Assembly (NCBI RefSeq): GCF_964204865.1
Contig: NC_135252.1
Location: forward strand, 15,500,001 to 15,564,000
DNA from: Styela clava
Lineage: Eukaryota
Direction of reading: 5' to 3'
Length of the DNA: 64,000 nt
Below, in pieces: positions 40,001 to 53,936 of the stretch. The notes under the pieces are model-generated. The model saw nothing but the letters and a program-made list of their open reading frames with translations. It did not search any database and was not told the origin of the DNA. A program made the translations under genes and the position numbers. Within the stretch, counting starts at the first letter, position 1, and each line of letters starts with the position of its first letter.

Positions 40001-43000
40001 TTAAACGACTGAAAATTTAAGCAATCAATATGTCGGCCAGAACTATCCTACTTATCTATCGCTAACTGCTTCTCCGGTGTGTGCTATCTTGACGCTTTGA
40101 TCTTGTTTAGGTTTAGATGGATTCCATAGAAAAGCAGCCGTACCTAGTTAAATTTATATTGCAACTATTTTATTTAGAATTTGAAGCTTTCTCTTCAAAT
40201 ATGTTATTTTTCATGCCACGCAATATTGAAAATATCATTGGAGTGAAATGATCGAATTCAAGGTCGCATGTGTTTGAATAAACGGGTTATGTAGCTGCCA
40301 ATTATTGAAAATGTTCAAAAATAGCTCTAAAACAATACTCTAATTAAATTTTGACAACTTTTTTCTAGGGTAGTATGAAGTGAACATGTCAAAATAACAT
40401 CTGAAACGAAGTCCCTCAGTCGCAAACCTAATATGTTTCAACTTTTTTCAGCGTTCAAAACTTTCACTTGCCCAATGGGTGAAAAATGCTGCAAATTTCA
40501 AAAAGATGCACATAACAGTCAAGAGAATGAAATTGGTATGCTATGCTTGGTAGTTTTACAGTGTAGTTAAGATTTTATAGAAATACCGCAAAATGATAAA
40601 TGTAAACATTGATCAGCTTACTTTTTCATTAATATATCAGAAAACAAACAGAACGGATGGCTACCTTACGACCCTTCACAAGAACCAATATTTCCCCCAG
40701 AACTCATGGTAAGTATAAATATAAAAAAGTCAGTATACTACATTTTATTCCATTAAGTGTGATCTATCCATGTAATCAAACAGGTGACGCTTGTTAGCAC
40801 TTGGTTTGAAATAATTGAAATTACAGCCGGCATGAATACTCTCATTAACTTGCGAAATCCACGAATCGTTTTGATGTTCCCAATTTGCAGATCTCAAACA
40901 AGACAAACAATGTAGCTCGATCTTTAACGTTTGTGGGAGAGGGAGTGACTTGGCATCAGCCAATCAATTTGGATGAAATGTTGTCGCTCAAGCAACGTTT
41001 TCCTGATGCCAGAATTGTTGTCGGAAACACAGAAGTTGGGATAGAAATGAATATCAAAGGACATTGTTATCCGCATATCATTTGCCCAATAAATGTACAA
41101 GAACTTAACGAAATGAACGTCGATGACGAAGGTAAAAATCATTGCATTATCAACTATGATAAACCTTTGCATTTCTTATCTGGTTACATCTTAGAAATGA
41201 AGCAGAAAGCTGACTCAATCGCTTTTTTTTAATGTTAACGGATTTTTTGTCAGGCATTAGCATTGGTGCATCGTGTCGCCTCTCAGATGTTGCTGAATTT
41301 TTGGAATCTCTGCATAAAGACAAAACTGAAGAAGAAACTCAAATATTTTACTCAATATTGGAAATGTTAAAACTATTTGCTGGATTGCAGACTCGTAATG
41401 TGGCGGTATGTAACTAGAGATTGTAAGAATTTTGAGCTTATCTACATGAGATAAATTTCAACATGGGCAATTATCTTTTTCTTGCCACCACACCATAAAT
41501 TTATCGAGATATTTACTTATTCTCGGTAAGATATTAAAACAAGAATCAATTGTTAAAAAGTTATTGTTTGTTAAAAAGTTTAGTTATTGAACAAGTTTTT
41601 ACTGTTGATTTCATTCGATAGGAAAGGAAATGGAAATACCTTTTACCCCACCGTTTACGTTACGGTTATGGCGAATATTATTGATTTTCAACCGGTGTTA
41701 CACGAAACACTGGCGTTGTGTGAAAGACCCTCCAGGTGGTCCGCATCAAATTGCTGTCTCACCTCATCCTGGTTGAAGTTTTATGATGTGAAATATTGCG
41801 AATTGAGAACCAAAGATCAAGTATTTGGTTGTAAGATTATTTTGACCCCGTGAACTGTAGAAGAAGATCTGTGTGTTTGTATTTCGTCACTCTGGAAGAA
41901 TAGAATAATTGTGATCACCGAAGCAAGCCCAAATATTACATTGCATTGAAATATCACAGCTATTTCTAGCCAGATATCGCCCGTCTTAAATGTTTCTCGT
42001 TGGTATTACAACGTTTTGTTTAGCGTCTGAGTTTGAAAAACTTTCATTTGTACCGGCATCTTTTACCAACTCGAGCCGATGACCTTCTGGTCTTTTCGTA
42101 TTAGGTAATTAAATCGATTATTTCCGGAAATTCTAAAATTTTTAATCTGAGTTTCACGGCGAATTTATGAAGTAATTCCGCGATTCATAAAAGAGGGAAA
42201 ATCACTGGTCTATATATGTCATGCGTGGACCAACGTGATGAAAAATGACATATTAAATCTCCGATTATGCTTATTCATTCCCATGTTATATTTATAATTT
42301 TATATGTTCAAATGTGCAAATGAATTAAAAATCAGATCAGAGTGAGTATAATAGGAAAATATAGGACGGACTGTGATTTTCTTAAACTGAAAACCACACT
42401 TAATCTCGATTTCTTCATGTTTCAGTGCATCGGTGGAAACATCATGACAGCAAGTCCAATATCGGATCTCAATCCCATTTTACTTGCGGTTGGAGCAAAA
42501 CTAACTTTTGCTTCATCAAGTTCTGGTTTGAGAGAAATTCAAATGGATGAAACATTTTTTATCGGATATAGAAAAACGAAAACGAGAAAAGATGAGATCT
42601 TGGTTTCAATAAAAATTCCATTTCTAACCGAAGTATGTGATTTTTACTTAAATGCTCTTTTTACATAAATCCTGATCTGGGAGGTCTATATGAAACGAAA
42701 TTGTTGTACTTAACGATTTTACATTAATGATGATTTCACATTTATATGAATTCGATTTTTTTCCCGTTGACGAGATTAAATGCTCCACATAGCAAATTCA
42801 GTTTCTTGTTATGATTAGTGATATATTATTAACACATTTTAATTTACCTTTTCAAACTCAAGAATGACGTCATGAAGGCGTATAAGCAATCAAAGAGAAA
42901 AGAAGATGACATAGCTATAGTAAATTCAGCAATGCATGTTTCTTTTGAACCTGGAACAAAAACGATTAAAAAACTATCGATAGCTTTCGGAGGAATGGCA

Positions 43001-46000
43001 GCAATAACAAAAGTTCCGACACAAACAATGTCAAAAACAATTGGAAGGTGATGATATTTGATACTTCGTCGTTTTGCAATCACAGCTCTTTTTATCATAA
43101 TTCGCCCCGGAGTTTTTCTTGCAATAATTCAGTATTACTTGCTGAATATAAAAATATTCAAATTAACACAGAACCTGGGACGGTATTTTACTGAATGATG
43201 TTTCCTCGTGGTTGAGTGAAGAGATGAAATTGTCAGTTGATGCACCGGGAGGAATGGTACAGTATCGCCGTACACTGGTGACAAGCTTCTTCTTCAAATT
43301 TTATCATCATACAATGACAATTTTGGTTGAAAGAGGAATTTCAAAAGTTAGTTCACTTAATATTGAAATCTATTACGTCAAAATTATGTTTGAGTTCAGA
43401 TTAACACACAATTTTCAAACACAATCCAATGTTGTTTTCATACACAACCGAATCGCCTTAGTCTTTCGGTGTGAAAGGTTACATAATAATAAGGTATTTT
43501 CAGCTCGTCGAAAGGGTGTGCCGTTATCATTACCTTAGTCGACATCGAAGATTATGAAAATGGCCCGATATGAATATGACGATGTAAAATTTTTCTGTAG
43601 GATGACATACATGGCGTCATTATTACTGCTCTCGTTTGTCGCTGGATGTCACTGTTAGCCCATCATTAATATTTTTCAGTTTCATACTCTCTTTATTGTT
43701 TTGTATATATAAAACAATGTACATTTTATGGCATTCACATATAATTTGGTATTTATGAGGACTGTCACGCGACACTGAGTGAATTAAAATAATAAACTTA
43801 TATTCTTATTTGTTGGAAAGTAAATACTTGACGAACAGACTAGCTAATCTGGAATAAAATTTCCGTACCGATTCGCGGACCAGCGGTTGGGAACGACTGG
43901 AGTTTTATATGCAGTTCAATATACACTTTGAGAATGCGTTGCATTCAGATGGGTCACATATGATAGCAGAAATAACTGTACTCGCTGCGTTTAGCTTTAA
44001 AGCTTATTGTAATCACCTAAATTAATTCTTCAATGCGTGATAAAATATTGCCCCCATCCCTGTCAAACAATCATACGCCACATTAATTAAACTAGTTAAT
44101 AAACTATCGCATTACAGAAAAACAACATCGCAATCAGTCGAGAAATCATTTCCGATTTATCGGTCGAAGAAGAATCATTTACAAGCACACAAACATGGCA
44201 GGAGGTAGTATTTTCATCACTTTAGGTTTGTAGTAGTAGTAGGCTGTTGATCACATTTGTTATTTTTAGGTGCCTGAAGATCAAAAACCAATCGATACCA
44301 TTGGTCGTCCGATTCCTCATCTATCTGGATTCAAGCATACAACTGGAGAAGCAATATATATTGATGATATACCACCTTACAGAGGTCTTATTTTTTTCGA
44401 TTTTAAATTCCTAGCGCTGTTATTATCGACGGAAGAATTAGAATATATATATTGTTCAAATATAAAATTATGGTATGCCATTGTGTCTCCAATTAAGGTT
44501 AATGCAGTGTTCGCAATTGCAATTTCATAGCATGTGCTAAATTCATAATGTAAAGTTTTGATTTTTTTAGATGAATTGCAGATGGTATTAGTCTGCAGCA
44601 CGAGAGCCCATGCAAAAATTATCGATGTTGATACAACTGTGGCACTTGAATGTCCAGGAGTGGTTTCGTACGTTGACAAGAATGATGTCATCGGTGAAAA
44701 TGACCTTGGCATGTATGGCGAAGTGTTTGCGGATGGAAAGGTAGTTGGTAATATTAAGATATTCAAAACATACAAACTGCCACTTAATTTACTTTTTGTT
44801 TTTATAGCTTGTATTATGCATTATCACTAACTCATCTATTCACAGGTAACATGTGTTGGGCACGTTATTGGAGCCATTGTAGCCGACACTCAAGCACACG
44901 CAATCAAAGCAAGTCGATTGGTGAAAATAACTTACGAAGATATATTACCAAGAGTTATTACCATAGAGGTAATGTCTTTGTAGTTTTCATACGGACATCC
45001 AAAGTTCGACTCCTGGTTAGCTCAGTTTTTATTTATACAAAATATCTTTTTCTTCTCCGTGTTTGCAGGATGCTATTAAACACGACAAATTGTCAATTGT
45101 AAAAAAAATGAAAAGAGGAAATGCTGAGGAAGTTTTCCAAAATTGTGATTTCGTCATCGAAGATGAAGCAAGGTTGGACTGTAGAAAACACTTTTACTTT
45201 TATCTTCATTCTTTCTTGTGTAGTAGAGTAAACATTTTTTAATTTTTAGAGTTGGTGGACAAGAACATTTCTATATGGAGACTCAATGTTGTATTGCTAT
45301 CCCGAAAAATGAAGATGGAGAAATGGAAGTATTTAGTTCATGTCAATATCCAAACGGATTGCAAACTATGGTATGCTCACTCATGGTTTTAAACCGCTTA
45401 TCTTGGTTCGCTAAATCAACTTCAAACGCCAAATACATCTTGTTATTGCACAGAGTTATGTTCTTGCTGTATTGTCTTGTTCTCTATTGTTTTGCTGTAC
45501 TCGGGGCTTGCTTTCCCATAAATCTAAGTATTTGTCTTTTATTACCCAAAGTGACTGTCACTTTGATATTATCGTCTATTCCACTATCCATAACAACTCT
45601 AAGACCATGCTCTGATTTCGCGCGATTGCAACTAAACTCACAGTGCCTACCTGCTGTATTCCCTGTTTATCGCAATTGAATTCAAGTTAGTGAATGACCA
45701 TATATCACCGATTAAACAATTGTCTTTTGCAGGCTGCGACTTGCCTTGGACTGAAGAGAAATAAAGTTATCGTTCGCACGAAGCGACTAGGTGGAGGATT
45801 TGGAGGAAAAGAAACCCGATTTTGTGTCATATCAAATCCCGCAGTTATAGCAGCAAGAAAGTGAGTAATTACCGACATATTGTGCCATTGAATTTTACAG
45901 AATACGAAAAAATACAAACTTGGAATAATTATGTTGACTTTAGATTTTTTCCTTTCCTAATTCATGAACTTAGTGCTGTTATGGTCATATGTGTACTTTT

Positions 46001-49000
46001 GCTCATATATATGTAATGGTGCAGAGAATTTCAATGATTTCATATCTAGATTGGGAAAGCCAATAAGATGCGTGTTAACGAGACAACAAGATATGCAAAT
46101 CACCGGCGGTAGACATCCATTTTTGGGGAGATATAAGGTAAATGATATAGCAATAAAATTTGTACAATCAACTTTTAAAATATATTTCTGAACATGGCAA
46201 TTTTATTTAGATCGGATTCAATAAAGATGGTCAAATCAAGGCATTGCAAATAAAACTGTATAGTAACGGTGGAAATTCAGATGATTTGTCGTTTGGAGTG
46301 ATGGATCGGGCAATCGTGCATGCTGATAACAGCTATAAGTAATATTCTACAAAATGATAATATTTGGATAGGTTGCCGAAATTGTTGAGCCAATCAAATA
46401 AGTTTCATACAATGTGGATAAACGACTAACTAAATTTTGGGGAGAATGGCAAAGAACGTGAATGTAGTTTTAATTAGAACTCTTAGCAATAGATCTAATA
46501 AATGTATCGGTGTAAGAATGGCTTCAATGAAATAAAAAAATAACTGATACCATTATGGATAATAAACTACTGAGAACTGAAGTATTATATTTAACCAAAT
46601 ACTATTACCAATTTGATGAATAACACACACGATTGAATAGTACTTTTTATCCCTGCAGTGTGCCTCATATGGAAGTGACAGGAAGTGTATGTCAGACCAA
46701 CGTTGCATCAAATACTGCGTTCCGAGGATTTGGCAGCCCTCAAGCAATGATCATATCTGAAGCTTGGATAACGAAGGTTGCAGAAACTTTAAATATGGAT
46801 TCAGAAAAGGTAAGATATTTGATATATTGATTCATAATAGTAGAAAGGGAGTACAAAATAGTAGATCATTTTAAGAAGTCGCCGTACATATTACTTCTGT
46901 ACAGGTTCGTGAATTGAACATGTACAAAGATGGCGATCGAATTTTGCACGGAACTTTACTTCAAAATTTCCAAGCAAAACGATGCTGGGATGAATGTCTT
47001 GAAAAGTCGAACTTTCACGTTGTTCGAAAGGAAATTCGGGACTTCAATAAATCTTCAAGGTAAAATACACAGAAACCGCACAGAAAGTATAAAGACTAGT
47101 GCAATACGTCCTCACCTGTCAAAATTAGTGTTTTTGACCATAGAGTATGATTGGGTTTACAGAGTTAAGTAATTGACCACTAGCTCAAAGACGCGGCTTG
47201 TTAAGCCACCCAATTAAATGAATGACATGATGTCATATATCGTGCATGTTCTTATTACGAGAAGTATATATATATATATAAACACAAGTTATATGCATAC
47301 GCCAGTATCTCATTTCAGGTGGAAAAAACGAGGAATTGCTTGCATTCCATCAACATATGCTGTTGGATTTGGTCCTAAACATTTGAATCAAGGTTGCGCT
47401 TTGGTGCTAATATACACCGATGGAACGGTCTTGTTGTCACATGGCGGAACTGAAATGGGACAAGGATTAGATACTAAAATGGTTCAGGTAATTCGAAACT
47501 ATGAATTTAGTGAAACCATAATGTACATTGTTGATTTCAATAGCTTTTTCAACTCGTTGAAGAACGTTTTTATCTAAGCATCTCATTTTGAGTATTCCGA
47601 AACTCAGTGCTGCATTCTAGTCAATTTTTCACAAGGTAGGTGGTAGTTTACTGCTCGTTTATTGTATCAGGCCGACCAAGTTACAAAATATTCGCATTTC
47701 CACCACATTTGATGCCATGTGAATGCCTACGAATTACTTCAAGTTGGGCACGTCGCCATGATTCATCCACTATTTTCTAAGTTGTCATAATATGTGCTTT
47801 AGGTGGCAAGTAGAGCTTTGGGAGTGTCTGTAGACATGATCCACATTTCCGAATGTTCAACATCATCTGTACCAAATGCATCAGCTACCGCAGCAAGTTC
47901 TTCGAGCGACTTGCACGGTATGGCGGTTAAGGTAATGTCTCGGTTACTAAATCTTAATTACAAACAGAGATGCTTTCGTCCTTTATAAATGGAAACATCT
48001 GCAAATCCCTCTTTTGCATAATTTGGTACGTTTTGTTTCATATTTTCAAATTGGTTCAAGGAGTTCTAGCCTAAATATTCATAACTTAATTTATGACACG
48101 TGTAGTTAAATCAGCTCTATAGTATCTTGTTCAAAGCATCCCTTTAAAATAGAGTTCAGGTAAATTTTTGGTCGAAAATACCAGTGTAACCAGTGGCGTG
48201 CACAGATTTTGTTGACAGGAAAAAGCTTTAAAAAATTGGAAATTTTTGACGTCATGTTTTGTATTCGAATAACGAGAGGAAAATTCACTGTGACGTCATA
48301 ATTCGACGTCGAGGAAAATTCATTTTGAAGACATAATGCATTTACCACGTTTCCGTAAAATATATTATGGCGTTATAAATTTGAAAATTTACGCAAATAC
48401 AAAATTGCAGTTATGAATATGTATACTTGGTAATAACAAGAATTTAAAAATAAGGTAGAGAACATGGTCTGATTCTTGTCGCGAGGGTGGGGAAATTCTC
48501 TCGGTACACCAGTGAGGAATCAATACGTAAAATTCATGGGATAACCTCGGCGTTGACTCAAGGAATGGCATATGATACCCTCTACCTCCGAAGCAAGATG
48601 TACTGTAATGAATCGTACAGATACGTTTATTTTAATCATTATCTATATACTCGTATGTATGATACACTTCCTGTTAATGTTGAGATATTTTGATTGACGT
48701 GAACGTGCAAAGAATGAAAACAATTAGAACAAACAATGCATCATATTAACAAAAACTAAAAATTTCACTAAGCAATGGAAAATCTCAATTTTAGGAAGCA
48801 TGTGAAAAAATCATGAAAAGGATGGAACCGCTTAGAAAATCGAATCCAAATATTGGCTGGGAGGAACTAGTAGAGAAAGCCTATTTGAAGCGAATCAGTC
48901 TTTCCGCTACTGGATTTTACAAGTTTGTATTGCTAGAAACATTCTTTTCGGTGCCACTTTGGTATACAGTTGTGTGATTTCACTTATTTTAGTTAGGGTT

Positions 49001-51100
49001 AGGAACGGAATTATATAAGAATATCTTCATGCGATTGAGATTACGTTAAGCAAGTGAGATCAATAAGCAAAGTAGTTTTATGACACTGAGATCGAAGTGG
49101 CACGTCATTCTTTTAATAACTGTGAACATTCATTTATTTCGTAATTACCGGTAGTTAGAAAGTATTCGATTAGTAGGATTTATGTTAAAATGATTCTGTA
49201 TTCAAAGGGTTCCAGGCCTAACAAATGTATGGGATTGCAAAACCGGGGATGTTAAGGGAGATATGTTTAGCTATATAGCCTACGGAGCAGCAGTTTCTCA
49301 GGTAGAAATCGATGTATTGACTGGACATCACGCTGTGCTGAGAACGGATCTTGTTGTTGATGTGGGAAATAGCTTGAATCCAGCAATTGACATCGGACAG
49401 GTAATGATCGGATAAGTCAACGTTTCCCAACTGAGCACGAATTCCTCCGCAGGGACGAATTTTGATTATTTGGGGATGACAATTTTACTTTTTATTTGCG
49501 TGCAGTATTTCGTGCTTATTTAATATTATTGTGATGCATTATGAAATATTCTAATTGTACAGAATCCGGAGTACAAAATGCACGTATCGTGAATGTTCCG
49601 TTAATGATTGAATAGCAAATGCAAATAGAGTTTTTTACGTAGTAGGGGGGAATTCGAAGTTAAAAATAAGAAAGGAAAGAAACGTGTCAAAAGGGTTGGG
49701 AACCAAAACTTGTACTGTTCAAGTATGGTCTTCAAAGTATACATATATAGATATTACAAAATTGTTTTTGTCACCAGTCTATGTGCAAACGTGTTGATCC
49801 CTTGAAAATTGGTTCTTTACCATAAAATATGCTGAAATGCGAACATCCGTATATTTTTCAGGTTGAAGGTTCTTTTGCTCAAGGATACGGAATGATGACT
49901 TTAGAAGAAATGCTTCATTCACCGTCAGGGCATTTATGGACTATAGGTCCAGGAGCCTACAAAATCCCAGCATTTGCTAACACTCCGAAACATTTCCATG
50001 TTCATCTATTGAGAAATTGTCCCAATGAAAAGGCGATATATTGTTCAAAGGTAAGCTTCAGCATCGAAGGCACATCTCTATTTATTTTTGTCTGCCTAGT
50101 AAATATTCTTAAGATATAGCACTACGCAATTACAAAGCTAATGACAAATCGGGTTGTTTGCGAATCACCATGGTATATTAGACTATTTATTACCCACTTA
50201 CCTTCGTAATACGTTCTAATTATTTTCCAATGTCGATAAATTTTATACATTCGATGCGGAAAATACGTTCCGATTCACATTGTAAAAGTGACGATTATTA
50301 CTGAGAGGGATTTGTTCACTGAAAAGTGATTTGAATTGTCCAACTTAATTTAAATCAAATCGGCATACAGTACCACAGTCTTTATGCATCTTCATTTCAA
50401 TCTCAAAAAAACGTTATCGGATTTTATCTATTGAAATAATCCGGATAAATTTTCTTATCTTCATTAGGCTGTTGGTGAACCACCATTGTTCTTGGCAGCG
50501 TCGGTCTTATTTGCCATAAAAAATGCAATCAAATCTGCGCGATCAGATGCTGGAATAACTGGTCCTTTTCGACTCGATAGTCCAGCAACTGCTGAAAGAA
50601 TCAGAATAGCATGTGAAGATGACTTTGCTAGCAAGGTAATCCATTTTGTACGGACGTTATCAATTTATGTTGTGCGTTTCCGCGTCATAAACATACAAAT
50701 ATAGCATTAAATTATGTGGTACATTTTGGGGCGGATTGTCTTGGTCATATGTAAAAGCAATAACATCATGTTTTCCCGGTAATGCTAATTGTAGAAACGT
50801 TTCAAAATGGACCTTTAATAGAGATCTAGCTGGAAAAGTGCAGTATTTGGATTTCAAATGAACTGGCAAATTTGATATTTATGATACAAACACATCTTCT
50901 TCTTTAATTTCTGTCGTCATTGACATGGGGTCATCAAGCTAGTATCGATATGCAAAATTAAAATATATAATGACTTAAATTATTATTGTCGTTTTATGAA
51001 AAATCATGATATTACACATACCAATGCTACTTTTTAAATTCAACAGGCAAAGCCTTCTGAAAGTGAGAACGGGTTACAACCATGGGCAGTCCGTGCATAA
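37096..51100 (+). CDS. XDH: Xanthine dehydrogenase/oxidase family molybdo-flavoenzyme, 1332 aa, 29 coding exons
   Basis: Exons: 37096-37149, 37481-37538, 38645-38741, 38829-39106, 40452-40535, 40641-40708, 40891-41131, 41254-41405, 42426-42632, 42863-43047, 43172-43346, 44118-44204, 44270-44384, 44571-44740, 44846-44968, 45069-45172, 45250-45370, 45733-45860, 46050-46137, 46211-46338, 46659-46809, 46905-47059, 47319-47487, 47803-47931, 48795-48922, 49208-49400, 49862-50050, 50468-50635, 51047-51100; total 3999 nt, in frame. Motifs: 2Fe-2[31 protein letters not shown]; [28 protein letters not shown]; Moco [35 protein letters not shown]. Confidence 0.95.
37611..38437. mobile_element. hAT-type MITE in XDH intron 2
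   Basis: TIRs CAGGCCTGCACAACT / AGTTGCACAGGCCTG; degenerate 8-bp TSD ATCTAGAC / TTCCAGAC. Confidence 0.75.
48949..49105. mobile_element. Small MITE with a 9-bp duplication (Mutator- or Merlin-like) in an XDH intron
   Basis: Short TIR GTGCCACTT / AAGTGGCAC; CATTCTTTT at 48940-48948 and 49106-49114. Confidence 0.6.
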
Positions 51101-53419
51101 AATTTATATTTTTTCCAAAAATTATCAAAAATTGTTCATAAAATTTTTATGTTAATAACTGCACGGTAATAATTGCAATTGACGTTTAAATAAAGTGTTT
51201 AATAATTCATAATTATATATATATATCTAAAAATTGCTGTTATAATATATTACTTACTTAATTTGCAATTCAGTTCTGTTTCATTCACAAATAACCTAAA
51301 TAAAACTCTTGGCGTTGTTTTTTGTAAGCTGGAAGATAACTTTCGAAGTAAGGGTGGAAACTAACTGCATATAGATACACAATGGCCATATTTCAAGAGT
51401 TAGATGTCTCAAAATTTCCACGATATCGCTTCATAAGATTTATATTAAGAATCACAACCAAGAATGAATTTGGATATGGCTTAGTTATGATTATTTAGAC
51501 TTTAGAGGATGGATGCTCCTTGCTATTCGATTTCAAAATTTCAGTTTATATATACTTGAAGAAGTTAGGGCTATTCATATTTTTTCAAATTTGTCTCTCG
51601 GACCGGTACACTTGCACCGGCGGACTTTTGAACCTTTTTGTGACAGTTTATTTATTATAACCGAAATTATGGCTGTATAAACTAAAAAACAAGTTAACCC
51701 AAACACAAAATTATGCGACATAATCAGATTGAGTCACTGAGTATAGCCAAACTTAATCGAGCCACCGCCAATACTTGTAACAGCTGGTAACTAAAGCAGT
51801 GAGACAAATGCACTCCATTGTCGCTTGGCAATAATCAGTGATTACAACATGAGTACGATAATGTGATAATGGCAGAATATAAACAAAGAAGTCCAAAGTG
51901 TGGCACACTGCAAACAAAATAATAATACTCATGACACACCTTTATATTTGCATCTGTGCATATTGCCTGTAGGTACATTTGCGCCTATGATAATTAGCAT
52001 CCATGAACAATGGTCGTTGAACTATAATAGTTTTCACTGCCATTTGCGACGAGAGACGGACATCTTAATGTTACAAATAGCAATGAATACGAAATTACTT
52101 TGGATTCCCCGCCACGATCGTTTTGTAATTATTATGTTGCTGTTCTTGCTACGCGGAAGACTGAAGTTTTTGACCTTTCAGTACAGCAAATTATATAAGG
52201 TGAGATACTATACTGTACAACGTAAGGTAGACAACTGTAACTTACAAAAAATTAATCATTCGGTATTCCGGTTCACGTTGAGATTAGATGCATGGATCGT
52301 CATCGTAACAGGACCTGGATAAGCTTGGACAGTCCGGGTATACCGGTTGTATTAGGTTATGATGCCCATAGCTGTTCCAGCTTCTACAAAATATGATTTT
52401 TTCAGTGATTGTGAAATTTTTCGTTTTGGTTTTCGTGCCCATATATTTTAGCATTTCTCTTTTGTATTACAGTCAACACTTATACGCGATAAACGCGTAT
52501 TGCATACATGGAACATTCTTCCGTCGGAATCTGGCAGAATATCCTATCTGCGATGACAATGAATGGACAAAATAGTTTGTAACTGTTAATCCACTACCGG
52601 GTAACCATTTCGAAAATGTATATTATTTAATTTTGAAGAGGAATGCTACCAAAAACAACGATTGAACAAAACGGTCCATAAGTCCACTTTGCGTCCAAGA
52701 CCGGCATAAGGTATCTGCGGATCAATTATTATATTGGTATAGATAGGCAGTTTTAAGTGACCAACTTATCCAACGGGGTTATACAACTGCATAGGTGCTA
52801 CAGTAAATTCGAACACCGGTATCACCTGTGATGGGGACTCGGTTGGTTAGTTTCAATCGCGTTAAATCCGGATGAAGTGTGCCCTTTTTTTGACTCGCAC
52901 GCACAATACAACATTTTCAGTGCTTATAAACCACAGTTGTCTTTACAGCTTACACTGCGACGAGACCAATCAGACATTATCGTAATTTCCTCCAATTTAT
53001 GCGCGGGATGTTACCGTGCCTTCAATCCATCAAGAAGACGTAACGAACTACAATACATTTAATAAATTGTAATTTGATTATCAGTTATCGATGGTTTATG
53101 AAAAACTTTATGAAAGGACTAACTGACGTAAAATCAAAAATGTCGAATTAAAAATATTCCTAGGATGAGAACGACAAGAATTTCATATTAGCTATGACAT
53201 AAGTGCTTATCACACCTGAAAACTACGTAATTTGGAATAGAGTATAACTGATTCTCGCCGTAATCATGACCTTCTTACACAATATTTTGTGATTACAAGT
53301 GGTAGCCTTAAATACATGAATATTACTATTGCTTCTAACTTTCGTTCTGTTCTTTTTACAGTTATTTATGAGCATTGCTTATAATGCAATAGTCAGTCAG
53401 TCAGTAGTTTATTTTATCA

Positions 53420-53700
53420 CAAACCGAATGTAAACATTGACGAACAAAATTGAAAAAAATGAAAAATTACATTTCAGTGTGAAGGGAGACGCGATAAACC
53501 AGAGAAGGTTATCGAGCAGCGTCACCTTTGAGGCAGTAAGTCTAATATTAAATCATAATGAGAAAGAAGTCAAACATAAAATACTAACAAAAGCCGGACT
53601 TGAGACGCCATTAAGCGACCCGTTAACCCGGATAATAACGAAAGAAAGCAACTCCAGACACGACAGGCCGCGGTCGCCATGGTGACCGCATATCATTGAA
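53420..53700 (-). mobile_element. Probable 3' end of a non-LTR retroelement
   Basis: The reverse complement of ~53420-53520 resembles 17077-17180. Confidence 0.35.
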
Positions 53701-53936
53701 CAACCAACCAAGAGAGCCGGACTGCCGGTGGTTATTCTGTGGCTGCGCTAAAGACTTTTATACCGGTATCGCATTTGAGAGGGACATAACCGGATAGTTT
53801 TAATTAATTTACAAGCTAAGCAATGTTTTAAATTCACACTCGTGGGGCTATGCAGAGGCTGTGTGTACAATATATTCATAATATACTCTGCAAATGTCCC
53901 ATGACTATTGATATTTATCTATGCTCATAAAGCAAC

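Noticed and set aside
53478-53690. LTR and primer-binding site for the Gypsy elements (TG...CA, TGGTGACC)
   Set aside because: No second copy, and part of the segment matches the non-LTR-like 3' end at ~17080.
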